Source: Balanoglossus misakiensis
Taxonomy: Eukaryota > Animalia > Hemichordata
Length of the DNA stretch: 64,000 nt
Assembly: GCA_040954595.2 (NCBI GenBank)
Contig: CM082583.2
Span: forward strand, 2,365,060 to 2,429,059
Reading direction: 5' to 3'
How positions within the stretch are numbered: the first letter of the stretch is position 1; each line of letters begins with the position of its first letter. The notes under the pieces were generated by a model, which ran no database searches, was not told where the DNA came from, and was given only the letters and a program-made list of their open reading frames with translations. Both the position numbers and the translations under genes were made by a program. This document shows positions 13,270 through 26,512 of this stretch, piece by piece.

Positions 13270-14372
13270 GGGACTGTCCAGAATTTACTTCCAGGGTGGG
13301 GCTGGAGGATTTCTTATTTTCCTGGTGATTTTTTTCCATGGCCCCCCCCCCTTGTAAATTGTGGAGGAAATCTGTGGCCCCCCCGTAAATTTCCTGTTTT
13401 TTTTCCATGACCCCCCCCCCCCAATATATACATGCATGCTTACCGGTACAGACTACGACACATACAGTCTGATAAGGCTGCATTTACAAACACCTCTGGA
13501 AGGGGGGGGGGGAGAATTAAAATTTTTTTACCGTTAATTTTCACATGCCCCCCGTACACAACCCGAAATATTTTCAAATCCCCCCCTTCCGAACAGCTTA
13601 AAATTTTGAAATCCCACCCCCCATTTTCTTTCACACAGCAAAACACATCACCTATCTATCTTGTAAAAAAAGAAAAACAGCGCTCCCATGAAAAGAATTT
13701 GAAACTGATGTTTTTCCTCATCAGTGGATATTAAAACTGAACATTGTTTATATTTGTTAAGTATTTGTATTCTGTGTTGGCAGATATTGTAAACCGAGAA
13801 GTGAAGGGGGTGGGTTTGGGAGGGGGTGTCCCCCTCCCCTGTAAGAAAATTTTATAAAATACAGAGCTCAAAGCTGCATTTTAATGAACCCAAAAGCAAA
13901 TTAACTTTTTATATACATATATATATGAATGATTGATGAGAAAATTAACGAATTCTAGTCTGGACTTGAATTGAGCTCGTCAACAGTAACAACACTGACT
14001 GTTCACTGTACATTTATGGTCTGTGCTGGCAGGCCAAATACTGGGCATTTTATTATGCTTCACAGAGTAGAACAAGAAACTGTAGTAGATATACAAAATA
14101 ACCCACCGTAAAAATTACCGGAAATTCAAGCTTATGAAGATTTAATGCACTTGCGGAGTTCATCTGTCATCCAGGTAGCCATGGTGGTTTGTTTCTTATA
14201 AATCAGTACTTCTGGGCAAATATTGAGTTTGTGAGAGTTTTTTACATGGCCCCCCCTAAAGGATTGTGATTTTTATGTCTGACCCCCCCTAATTTTTCTT
14301 GGGGAAAATGGGTGGCCCCCCCCTGAAAATCCTCCAGCCCCCCCCCCCTGGAAGTAAATTCTGGACAGTCCC
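13270..14372. mobile_element. Family-C Harbinger-like MITE in the NUDT9 5' region, containing a nested partial family-A MITE (from 13476)
   Basis: TAA|GGGACTGTCCAGAATTTACTTCCAGG...CCTGGAAGTAAATTCTGGACAGTCCC|TAA. Internal TAA|GGCTGCATTTACAAACACCTCTGG starts at 13476. Confidence 0.88.
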
Positions 14373-15230
14373 TAAAGAACGTATGGTGGCGCTCTTTTTT
14401 TCGCGGGTGCCACCCACTGAAAATCTGTGATTGGCTAGATCTCATTCTCAGTTTGCCATGGTAACTCTGGCTATATTTGCATATGTGACTGTATACCTTT
14501 ATAAAGTACTGTGTTCTATTTGCCGACAGATACTGTTCTCTTCTGGATTGCTTTGAACACAATTGTCTTATTTGGCAAGTTTTCAACGAACAACTTCCCT
14601 TTTACATGCATAAATTGTATTGCATCTAGGCTGTTGCTGTGAACCTTGCTTTATACTCAAACTACATTGTATAAAGATTAATCCCAAGCATTCCATAGAC
14701 TGAAGAGCATAGCACAATTATGGACTGTACTTCCTCAATGCTGTATGCTAATTACCAAATCACATCAACATCACAAATCTGATGATATACAAACAAATTA
14801 TATGTATACCACAGCTGAATAACTTAAACAAAAAGGCCTGTGTCTATGGTCATGCCAGTCTATGTGGTTCTTTTCGTTTCCCAACTCAAAACTTTTGAGG
14901 GCGCGCTTTATGCCAACATGTTTTTGCCAATTTTCACTCCTCCATCACGAGGGCGACTGATAAATTATCAAATATCGGTTGCGTGGAACCCTGTACAGCC
15001 CTACCAGACAACAAGGAGGTGATAAGATAACCATGTTGAAATTATTGTGTATTTGAAACCATCAACCGGTTACCAAGAACTGCATTGGCCATTCACAAGG
15101 TGAGGTAGTCTTAAGCTGCGTTGAAAAAAATTGACGTTTTCTTTGTGTGATGTTACATGACGAATTTGCAACATACTCAATTTGGCAAAACCTTAAATTT
15201 TCGATGAAAATATTTTGGATTTTCACAGAC
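14373..15230. promoter_or_regulatory. Probable head-to-head promoter region of NUDT9 and the subtilase
   Basis: Lies between the divergent 5' ends. Minus-strand CCAAT (GATTGGCT at about 14429) with a CpG-containing patch at 14380-14410. Position-based inference. Confidence 0.4.
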
Positions 15231-15503
15231 AATGTTGCGACTGGTTCTGTTTGGTGCATTTGTGGTTTTTGCCGCTGCAAGGCTGGCGCCATTTTATCCG
15301 ACCGATGATTCGACAAGAGTGCCCAATAAGTATATCGTGGTCTTAAAGGTATGCCACCTTGTATTTTTGTAGAGTAAAATTGGTAGCTTTGTAGACTAGT
15401 GCAAATATAATTCACAGAAGTCAAATGATTTATAGTTGGACACGTTTAGTCATTTTTCCACCCAAATGATGGTACATGTACATGTCTATGCTAAAAAGTC
15501 ATA

Positions 15504-15705
15504 CTGTAAAACACTTTATTTTTGCGAGTTAAATTTTTCGCAATATCGAGAAACGCCACTGTTTCGCGAGTATTAATTTTTGCGTTCTCTTATTTCATTC
15601 ACTGCATCGTTATCTTCAAAAACAATTTACGCGACTTTTTATTTTCACGATATTTTGGCTCTCGCGTATTTGGCGAAAATTAATTGCTCGTGAAGTGTTT
15701 TACAG
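15504..15705. mobile_element. Tc1/mariner-like MITE
   Basis: TA|CTGTAAAACACTT...AAGTGTTTTACAG|TA. Confidence 0.75.
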
Positions 15706-16012
15706 TATATAAATATCGAAACTGTTTATACACCAATGTTTGTAATATTTTAAAGTTTTCCCATTTATTTTAAAAGTTTTCCCGTTTATGGTATGATAGC
15801 CGGAATAGGGTTGGACTGGATTATGAATTATTTACAGGGAGACACTGTGAACGATGTAGCAAATCAAATTGAAAATTTGGGGCAGATTTTCCAGGAAGAG
15901 GTGAAAGTTTTAAGAAAATGGAATTCCGTACTCTTTGGGATGAGTGTGGAGATGACCAAAGACATCATGGAAAGGGTAGGCTCTATTATACATTTTTTTG
16001 TCATTGCAAAAA

Positions 16013-16048
<36 letters not shown>

Positions 16049-16097
16049 AATGATAATGATAATGATGCTGATGATGATAATGATGATGATGATGATA

Positions 16098-16153
<56 letters not shown>

Positions 16154-16165
16154 GGTGGTGGTGAT
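16013..16165 (+). repeat. (GAT)n/(GGT)n compound microsatellite
   Basis: About 150 bp of GAT/AAT then GGT triplets in subtilase intron 2. Confidence 0.95.
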
Positions 16166-18341
16166 TTTCTTTGGGATTAAACTAGAAATTAATCTTTCAT
16201 AAAATTGTTCATGTATAAATGAATTTACTAGGATTTACAGTAACATTTTTCCTATAATACATTGTAGGAACATTATGTACATGTTGACTGGCTATGAGGG
16301 CAACAGCATTCATGGACGTCTGAAACCCGAAATCATTTTCAGAACTGATGCCCGGCGGGCAACAGTTCTGACAGCTGATGACTGATGATGTCATTTATGG
16401 ATCATCACAAACAGAACACATACCACGTGACTATCAATTGACCAATGAGAACACAGACTTTGGATGAGATGTGTTACAATACATTTTGATGAGTATTATC
16501 GCAACTCTTTCACTGTTGCAGTACTAGTATTTCCTTCATGTAAAATACTGTACTGACATTTGTGTGAAGTTTTCTCTTCTTTACTAGGTACGTACGCATA
16601 TTGGCGTAAATCATATTGAGGAGGATTCCATTGGTAGGGGGTCAGCTGTCGGTAGCTAGGGTCTCGATCGTGTCGACCACCGTTACCTGCCAATGGACGA
16701 TTCATTTATTCCACGAGGTACATGAAACTTTGATGCACGTGCCCATCTATCCTGCATATATCTCACTTGCATCTTTTTGGCAAAAGCAGGAGCCAGTAAG
16801 TGCTTGTCATGAGTTTTTTTTTAGATATCATATTGGTTTATATTTTTGACCATAAATGGGCAAATGTATATTGGATGATAGTGCATGTACCTTCAATGAT
16901 AGTAGACTCTTTTAAGAATATCTGCGTGGTTTGGTTACCGCAAACAATTTTCTGTGGGGTAATGCAGTTGTATCACGTTACAACTATCTTCATTCGAAGA
17001 CTGTCTTTATAAAATGTGTTTTTATTTCACGTTTAGACAACTTGTTTGTTTTATTGTTTCCCTTTCGTAATATTCCCAGGGGACGGTGCGGGCGTAAATG
17101 CTTAATATGTACTGGACACTGGTATTCGTTACAGCCATGTTGACTTTGAGGGTAGAGCAGAATTCTGGTATGATTGCGTGCAGGACGGTCAGAGGGTAAT
17201 ATCCATTTAGAGGGGAACAATTTGATTTCTGGTGATGGTGAAGTATTTTCGATTGCCAGTCCACCTTTTTCCTAAAGCAAGTTTTAATTAAAACAATCAA
17301 ACTTCGGGGGTTTTATAGCGTAAATTGTCTTGACCAGGACCCAACCGGTGATTGCCATGGGCATGGCACCCATTGCGCTGGTACTGTGGGTTCAAAGACG
17401 TACGGCGTTGCGAATAAGGTGTATCTCTGGGATGTTAGAGTGATGAATTGTAACAACCAGTGCCAGTGGTCCTGGCTGATCGATGGTAAGTGAAATGCGA
17501 CCGGCTGCATAAAACACATCCTTTATTGGTCATGCTATAATGCATATCCATCGCCTATCAAACAATTTCACACGTTCAATCACACAATCGTGCAAAATGC
17601 TACTTATTCTGTACAGTCAACATCTTTCCTTCACTTCTGTGAGTGTGACTTCATTTATGATAGTCGAGGTGCATCACATGGATGCTTAGTTGAGAGAAAT
17701 GATTGACGCCAAAGATGGCCGCCCCGGTACATGTAGTTGTCAATTGATGATTGAAATGCCAACTTAAGGGTGTTGATCTGCAGGGTAACTACTGTACTGA
17801 AATGCAGATCATCGCAAAAAGAGACTGTCTTACAAATAAATGAATGAACGCTGAAAGTGCTTGAAAATAATTTGAATCAAACGACAAAAAATGCAAAAGC
17901 GAAAGGAAGTTTAGTTTTCTTCCGTTTTGTTCATGTGTTTTGTATTCTATTTCTATACACATGTACCTAGTCTTTTAAAATTAAGTTAGTTTGAATAGCC
18001 TTACAGATTCGTACAATCCACTTGAGGAGAAATTTCAGTAACTATTTTTGTTAACTCACAGGTTTGAATCGTATTGGAAATTTGGGCGCGAAACCCGGAG
18101 TTGCATCGGTATCAATATATGGCAGTTACTCTGTGGCCTTAAACGCTGCCGTCAACGACTTAGTCAATAAAGGGTTTCCAGTTGCAATTTGCGCTGGAAA
18201 CGACAATGCAGACGCATGCACCTACTCACCAGCCAGTGCTGCTGATGTAAGTGACCGTGGATAATTCACAACAATGATGATAGCAGAATAAATTCGTGCG
18301 GAAAAATGTTTTATCTTGTAAATTTAATTTATTTTAATTTA

Positions 18342-19662
18342 GGCCAAAAAAAAAAGAGTTTTGTTTAGCGTCCTCGCGCGCGTCACTTTTAAACATGCGC
18401 GTCGAGGCTTTTTTTTCGTAATTTTCGAACCCGGAAATCAAATAATCAGTATTTTTTTCCGGGACGCGCGATCGCGCGATTCCCCCTCTTTTACACTTGA
18501 AGCGCCCCTTGTAACAAGTTCAGGGAGCGACAATCGCCCCTTCGTGAGCAGCCCACCCGGCCAGTACATGCGCGTCCATGCCTCCATAGCAGGCACCGTC
18601 AGTCAAAACACTGGGAAAAACGGCCGATATTACTGCGTGCTGGCCTATACATTTTAACTTCCCACCCCCCCAAAACTATGTTGTAGATGACTTTCACATT
18701 CATTCACGTGTAATTTAGCTCCAGGGCTTTAGTGTGCAATTGTTGGAACAGCCTATCTGGATACCGTCTAAATTTAGAGCACACACTCTGCACTCAAGTG
18801 AACTTGTTGTTATGGCGACTTTTGAAATTGGGTTGGCAGAACGTAACCATTTTATGCAAATTAAGTTCCTGCCATGGCGATTATCAAGAATGTATCAGTT
18901 TTCCATGACCTTGTTTTCTTACTTAGGAAGGAAAGTCATTCAATATGTACAGAGACTGTTTATTTGAGTAGTGTGCCTAGCCACAGATGGGGAAGTGTAG
19001 GCAGAAATCTGAAGAAATATATACCACTTCAATTTATTTAACTATTAATGGTTTCACAATCTAATATTTTGGCAGCTAAACTGAAACTTTTAAAATCAAA
19101 CAAGAAATGTTTTTCTCAGGTATAGTATTAAAGAAAGACACTATTTGTTTTTGCAGTTGCATTTATTTTATTCATTTCACTCTACTTGCCAGGGGAGCAG
19201 TTAATCAGTCACTCTCCTACCACTTGTGTAATTAATTTCAGGAGAGTTATTTTCAGCTCTCCAACATTTTTTTAAATTACATGCCCTGAAAGTTATGCAA
19301 GCTGGTGTCTTCCTCTGCAAAATCTACTAATTTAAAGTAGAAAAAAACTATAACTGTTAATATGTTGTCAAGTTCACATGTAAAATATTGTAATTTACTT
19401 ATGCTGTTTTTAATATGGAATTAAGGCAGTTAGTAAGTTAACATTCAAAATTGTCATTCCTTGATGTTTACCTAATTAACATAAGTTATGCAAATCATGA
19501 TTCCGCCCTACTTTGACCAAATCCCCCCTTAATTTTGGACTATTAAAGAAATATTTGCTGTTCTTGTTTCGCAGAAAAAAAAAAAAAAAAAAAGAAGCCG
19601 CGTCACCCCATCAATTTTGAGATTTTGCTTGGACGCTAAACAAAACTCTTTTTTTTTTGGCC
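18342..19662. mobile_element. Harbinger-like non-autonomous element
   Basis: TTA|GGCCAAAAAAAAAAGAGTTTTGTTTAGCGTCC...GGACGCTAAACAAAACTCTTTTTTTTTTGGCC|TTA. Confidence 0.88.
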
Positions 19663-22600
19663 TTAATTCAGGGAATCACAATTGGCGCCACAGAGAAAAC
19701 AGACGCACGTTGGTCAAGTTCATCGTGGGGTTCATGCGTTCATATCTTTGCACCTGGTGTTGATATTCTAAGCACTTACAAGAACAGCGACACCTCTGTT
19801 GCGTACATGACTGGTACTTCCATGGCAACTCCCCATGTTGCAGGTATAAATTATTCTTCATGTTTGCTGTGCCTCGTTACTGTTTATCACATTTCCAATT
19901 TACTTTGATGCTGATCTCCCTGAACAGTGCAAACTATGTTTACGGTGTGGTTATAAACAGAAAGTCGCACATGTGCACTTCTGATGACATCAAATGTTTT
20001 TGGTTGGATTGGAAGACAGAAAACGACTGACACAAGCCATAAAGTCCACCTAGTCACAGTTGCACGTGATAATAGTCTAGTCCTAAGAGATACATATTAA
20101 GCAGATAATTGACGTTTCTTCGTTTTATCACAGGTGCAGCAGCCATTCTCTTGCAACTGAACCCTAGCCAAAGTGCATACCAGGTTAAAAATGCCATTTT
20201 GAGCGATGCCACAACTGGTGTGGTTGGAGATCCCCGAGGAACGCCCAACCGAATGCTGTACATTGGCTAGTCATTATCCACGGTTGAAATAGCATGTCGA
20301 CAGGAAGAGGGACTACATTTAAATCATGAATCTTCAAATGTGTTTGATGATTTTGGTGCTAAACATAGGGTCTTATACACTAGAATTGACTAAAGTTTGG
20401 TGAACTAAGTCATGTATTGTATTTAATTATCTGACGTCAATAAATTTGAAAATAACTGGATACCAAGTGGATACCTATATCGGTTGCACCAGTTATTCGA
20501 TAAATTATTCGGACAGCAAATTCGTAAACTACTCAGCCAATATAAATTGGCAGAAGATTCTGCTTGTACACCTCATGCACTTTAAATCTGAGCGAAAACA
20601 TGTTCACTCCACTTGATTACAGCAGCTGTACAGTTTGACTTTTTCGGGATGAACCCGCAGTGACAGACTTCTCGTGTGGGGATGACTACACCTGGAGATG
20701 TATGACAGACATTGTATCATCATACATGTATCTATTCATATCACGCATCGTGGTGGGTTTCAATGGTGGTGTTTATGTTAGTTCTTGATTATTCAAGATA
20801 AATAATGCTTCAAACAGTTGTCAAATTTCTCACATAACATCAGAAATCGCCAACGTTTGAATTCATTTATGACACAACGGACGCACCCAGACTTCAGACT
20901 GGTTAGAGTTCTTCGTATTCCAGGTATAACTTTTATGGAATGATATGTCAGCTTGCTGAGTAATCAGTATCACTCATTTTTAAAAGAAAATCATTTTGAA
21001 AACTAGGCAGTGCACATTTCGTAAACTTAGCTTACGTCGGGAATTTAATTTGTTCATCTGCATAATAAACATAAACGCAACCATTGGAACAATCACTATA
21101 ACTGCGTCAGCACTACATTTTACTAACAAACTATGTGAAACTCGGGTTTCATTTGGCAATTGCTTCATATTCATATGTAACACAGCGGTTTTGAAATGTT
21201 TAGGTGTTAGTTTTCGCTCTTATGTCCAACAGGAAAACTCGTGTTGAACGAATATGAAGACACTGTAACGTTGTAGTGGCGTCTGACAGTAATTTTGGAC
21301 GTGCGCTGGAGATTTATTGCTTTGATTACTTTTCCTTTGGTGTTACTTGTCGAAAATTTCAGGTCTTGAGGTTTTCACTCATGCATTCTGACAGTATTCA
21401 TATTGATTCAGTTGAACATAATTAGACTCATGGCAAATAATCAAATTCACAATTCCAGCCTAGACTGGCGTCTTGTCTTTCAATGTATAACATTTTTTTA
21501 ATCCTCTTTTATCTTTGAATTCACGATTTGTTGTTCTCTTAAAACGGTAAAATTTACCAGAAAGCATAATCCTTTATACAGAACAAAGTACACGATGTGG
21601 GAATACATTTATTGCCACTCTGTGAAATTGGTAAGCCATTTACTAATATTTTGTCATGAACAACGGCCAGAACTAAACCCCCCAACAATGAGGGCGCGCA
21701 CTGGCAGAAACCACATGATTATGTCACTAAAAAATGTGAGACTTTCGCATACCACTTCTGCATGTGAGTACGACTGAATGTCACAGAACTAGAAAACAGT
21801 GCGATTAACAGTCAAATGGCTGACCTGAATTCCGACTGATAGTAGAATGATTTCCAAAATCTGTGATGATCATATTAGGACTGAGGGCCAGCACCCTCTA
21901 TGGCTTCAAGTGCTTGGGGCCAGCTTAGCATGATTATGAGCATCACACCAAGACCCATGCCAGAACCATATGGCAATACAACCATATGAAAATATGACAT
22001 ATCACAGTTCATTCCGAAACTAATTACGAAATTCAGATAACTTTTTGGAATTTCCGTTTAATCTTATACTTAGGGTTTTGAAACATGCTGAAATTGATAA
22101 AATACTGCAAAAATACACAACATATATCCACAAATTAAGCTGAGATAGCCTGGTAACACTGTTCCATGAAAAATAGGTACCCTAAGCTTGCTTTTGCCGA
22201 ATAGCAATAACCGCTTGTGCGTATATGGAGTTGAACTGGTCAAAATCTTGTGGTATACCATGGCTGGGGGTGTTTTATTGCTAAAATAATTACTAAATTA
22301 GGAGTTGAGTAATAACATTCCACCATCAGCAGCAGCACACAGGTATACATTGTACACTGCTCTATCTACATATACCATACAATGTAGAAAATCATATTAC
22401 TTTCAAGAATAATGCTAATGCTTTGGAGAATACTGGTCTCCAAGACCGATAAAAAATCCTTTCTTTCGATTTATCAAAGGTCAAAGTTTTAGTTTCAAAC
22501 ACTGCGGCTCAGGCATCAATGGTCAGAGATCACCATCCCGATGGAAGGTTAAAGATCATGATACATGTATTGCCCTCGCTAACATGTGTTATTATTTAAC

Positions 22601-23772
22601 TGTATGTTTTATAATACCTGTGCACATTACAGTAATATTTCTGTTTCATTAAAAAACGTGCCTTCACAGTTTTGGCCTTTGAAGGAAAGTGCTTTTTTTC
22701 CTAAAATGGAGGAAAGGATACATTTATTTTGGAGTTCTTTCTTCCAATTCAGAAAAAAATTCCAAAATGCCAATTGATTTTTCAAAGTTGAAGAATTTCA
22801 ATACATTTCATGTATGTTCAGGTACATGAACATGTATTTGAAAACATGGTAACAGTAAGCAAATTGGTCAATTTCTCACTTCTGGCAGAAACAGGAAGTA
22901 AAATGACATCCTTCTGTCTGTGAATCCCATACAAATATAAAAACGAAAATGAAAATGAATTTGAATACAATGATAACTTCAGCAACATGTGTACATGACT
23001 AGCAGTAGCACACACAAAACCACACAACCATAGCTTGGACATGAAATCCTTCAATTCACAGCCAGAAGTAAAAGGACTTCTGCCCCTGTGAGTCCATAAT
23101 TAGCAAGACCCATCACATTAAATTCACAACATTGAAGGTATTGAGTATTCAGTAGTGAGTTACAACGGTGAACCTAAATTTTTTCATCTCCAATAAATCA
23201 AAAAGTCCCAAGGTTTTCAGGATGATTACACTCATTGCAGTTATTGATAAGTATGCAGGAGCTGTCAATCATCTGCCACTTGTTGGGCCTTGGACAAGTT
23301 ACCAAGTCACGGAAAGTGATTTAAGGTCATCTAAACCATAGACCATAGGGTCTATGTCTAAACATATACATGTAGTGGAAGAGGGTATGCTTGATAGCAG
23401 CACAAATGGAAATCTGGTCAATTGTGTCCTTTGTTATCTACTCAATGTCACTGTCAGCATATCAGGACTTGATCTGGGTGTGATATCTAATTAAAGTATA
23501 CAATATTAGTCTTTGAAGTAGACTGTACAGTTATTCACATTGTGACTAGCTCCAGGTCTCGCTTGGTGGAGTACATTTGCCGTCATACCCTAGCCCCAAG
23601 ACAACATCTGCATTGCTGGAGGCAGCAGAGATCAAATTGTGGCAGGCACTGGCTTGGAGTGGCAGAGAAGACCCAGGCTGCTTCTACAGCCTGAAGGTAT
23701 GGACTTGGTTTGTGCATGGACGTCCATGGTTTGTGCATACAAAATGCCATTGGGATGACATAATACAACTAA

Positions 23773-24574
23773 GGCTGCATTCACAAACACCTCTGGAGGG
23801 GGGGGGCGGGAGAATTGAGGGGGGGGATTTGAAAAAATTGAGGGTATGTAAGGGGGGGGATTTGAAATAATTTAGGGACTGAAAGGGGGGGACTTGAAAA
23901 CTTTAACAACTAAATATTTATTTTGAGTCCACAAAAATGCAGTTTCGCGCCCTTTATTTTACAAAATATTCTAATGTGGGAGGGGGACACCCCCTCCCAC
24001 ACCCACCCCCTCCATTCATCAACACCTTTCAATCATTGACTGGTTTATCTAGCGTCCCAGATCAGGGGACTTGCCCCACCCCATGATAACTTTGAGCGGC
24101 GACGGTTAAATTTGTCCTTCCCAACATACCGGTAGTTGAGTTAATTTGCTTTTGCCGGGTTCATTAAAATGCAACTTTGAGCTATGTATTTTAGAAAATT
24201 TTCTTACGTGGGAGGGGGACACCCCCTCCCAAACCCACCCCCTTCAATTCTCGGTTTACAATGTCTCCCAACACAGAATACAAATATATGTACTAAAAAA
24301 ATAAAAACAATGTTCAGTTTTAATACCCATTGATGAGGGGAAACATCAGCTTCAAATTCTTTTCATGGGAGCGCTGTTTTTCTTTTTACAAGATAGATAG
24401 GTGATGTGTTTTGCTCTGTGAAAGAAAATGGGGGGGGGGATTTCAAAATTTTGGCAGTTCGGAAGGGGGGGATTTGAAAATATTGGCAGTTCGGAAGGGG
24501 GGCGTGTGAAAATTAGCGGTAAAAAAAATTGAATTCTCCCGCCCCCCCCTCCAGAGGTGTTTGTGAATGCAGCC
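23773..24574. mobile_element. Family-A MITE, full length
   Basis: TAA|GGCTGCATTCACAAACACCTCTGGAGG...CCTCCAGAGGTGTTTGTGAATGCAGCC|TAA. Confidence 0.93.
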
Positions 24575-25106
24575 TAATGTACACTGTGAGTCACACTTCT
24601 TTTGAAACAAAACCGAAAGGAATGTCTATGACAACGCCATGAACGTGCCAGAGAGGTGTAGATGACACCCACTGTGATCGAAAGCTACCGTATTTATGCA
24701 ATAGAAATAGAATGTGTAAACCTGTGAACAGTTGTTGACCGTGACTGCAACGGTAAACATAACGATTTCGGGTAAAGTAACCAAGACTTACGAATTTTGA
24801 ATACTGGATAGGCCTCCACCAACTACCCTGCGCATAGCAGCGCATATCAGACGATAAAATGTCCAATTCTATGCTCTCGGAATGACATAGTTGTTATGAA
24901 TACATACCTGGATGATCCCACTATCGCGTGAAACATATGAACAATCGTGGACAACTTTGAATTACATTTTTGCATTTCATATTTCACACTGTAGCAACAT
25001 TGTATTATCACCAAATCATGTTTGACCTATCATAAATTTCTGACAAATGCAGTAACTGGGGATTGTTATATATTTTTCAGCATCCATTGTGATACTAGTA
25101 TCCTTA

Positions 25107-25368
25107 TTAAAGGGACAAAGTCTCTCTCTCGCAGCCCTTTTTCCATTAATTATGTTGATACAAGACACTGTTCATGTTATTCTACATTTGGATATATAGT
25201 GAATCAACGTTCGACCACATAGAACTTCCGTCCTGGTTTAGAAGATATGAGAGTAAAAATCTCAAAATGAATTAATGGTAAACACCGATTACTCAGTTTG
25301 GCGAGTTTTTCACTCTGGTGTCTACAAGTGGCATGGAAGTTGTGTGTGGTCGAACATTGTCCCTTTAA
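25107..25368. mobile_element. AGGGACAAAGT TTAA-MITE copy
   Basis: TTAAAGGGACAAAGTCTCTCTCTC...TTGTCCCTTTAA with an internal deletion. Confidence 0.8.
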
Positions 25369-25809
25369 TGAAACACTGCTTTTCTTAACAATGAAATTTG
25401 AATGTGAAATTTTTTGTGATATACTTTTAATTACAAACTCAGAGCAAAACCAACCTTGTTTAAACTACACTAGCTGATGCATCTAAACTCTAAAAGACAG
25501 AAAAAAAGAAACATTTCAGAATATTTCCAATTTTGCCTTCACATTATGACATGAAAAATCGAAATCTCAGAACTCATTAAGTTCAGTTGGTTGCATTAAT
25601 TTACGGAGTCCTTTGGATTTAAAAAAGTTTTAAACGCCAATTTCAACTATGGCTGTTTTCCAGAAAAAAACATGTCACTTTCTTCCTCGTTAAGGACCAC
25701 TGTTTATGGATACCTGTTTACATACCTCAGAACAAATATGGACCGTTTTAGTTTCACCTCAAATATGGCAAAGAATGTATACCCAGAACATATCCTTCAT
25801 ATCTCAACC

Positions 25810-26512
25810 GTATTAAGTTATTACAAAAAATGGCAGTAAGAGCAATAACCTTCAGTGATTTCACAGCTCATTCAACTCCTTTATTCCATAAATTGAAAAT
25901 CCTTGATATTTTCAAATTACATAAGCTCCAGGTATGCTCCTTCATGTATGATCTTGTAAACAATAATCTTCCACAAAGGCTGACAACCTACTGTCAATTA
26001 CCTCTCCATGACTACAGTACACGCCACAAAAAACAAGGTAATCTCCATATTCCAAGTGTAAATACAACAATGGGCAAATTTGCAATATCTTATAATGGCC
26101 CTCTCTTATGGAATTCATTACCAGAACAAATAAAAAACAAAAAATCCCAAAAAACTTTCCGGTACTCGCTCAAACAGATGTATTTAGAAAATTAACTATA
26201 AATATATATATCTTTATATATAGTAGTTCAATTTATTCATTCAATGTATTTATTTCATGCAATTTTAGTTACTGTCTATGTACATAATTGCCTTTCCAAT
26301 GCTTCTCTCAAAGAAATACACTGCCCTCAAATAGAAATGTAAATATTTTTATACCGCAATGTACAGAGGAATGGGAACAGACTTGACTAGCACCTGCTAT
26401 TTTCTGTTCCCAATTACCCTTTCTCTCAACCTGTCTCACTCATGAGTTATGTAAATACTTTTCAACTTTTCAACAAGGGTAATAAATTGAATTGAATTGA
26501 ATTGAATTGAAC
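25810..26512 (+). mobile_element. 3' fragment of a CR1-group (Crack/L2-like) LINE
   Basis: ORF2 C-terminus (HSTPLFHKLKILDIFKL..HDYSTR..GPLLWNSLP..IK..F..LK), 3'UTR, AATAAA and an (ATTGA)n tail at about 26482-26510. Confidence 0.85.

Larger units (their letters stand above)
15232..20270 (+). pseudogene. Secreted proteinase K/aqualysin-like S8A subtilase (signal peptide + I9 prodomain + S8 catalytic domain) with two in-frame stops
   Basis: Exons 15232..15348 (MLRLVLFGAFVVFAAARLAP..YIVVLK), 15838..15975, 16588..16717 (GS*GLDRVDHR; TAG 16657-59 replaces the conserved W), 17080..17195 (GVNA*YVLDTGI; TAA 17103-05), 17338..17485 (HGHGTHCAG), 18062..18246 (AGNDNADACTYSPASA), 19672..19843 (GTSMATPHVAG), 20134..20270 (TPNRMLYIG*). 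The D/H/S triad is intact. Confidence 0.92.

Noticed and set aside
15918-16202. Poly-Met and poly-Asp ORFs
   Set aside because: Translations of an intronic (GAT)n microsatellite.
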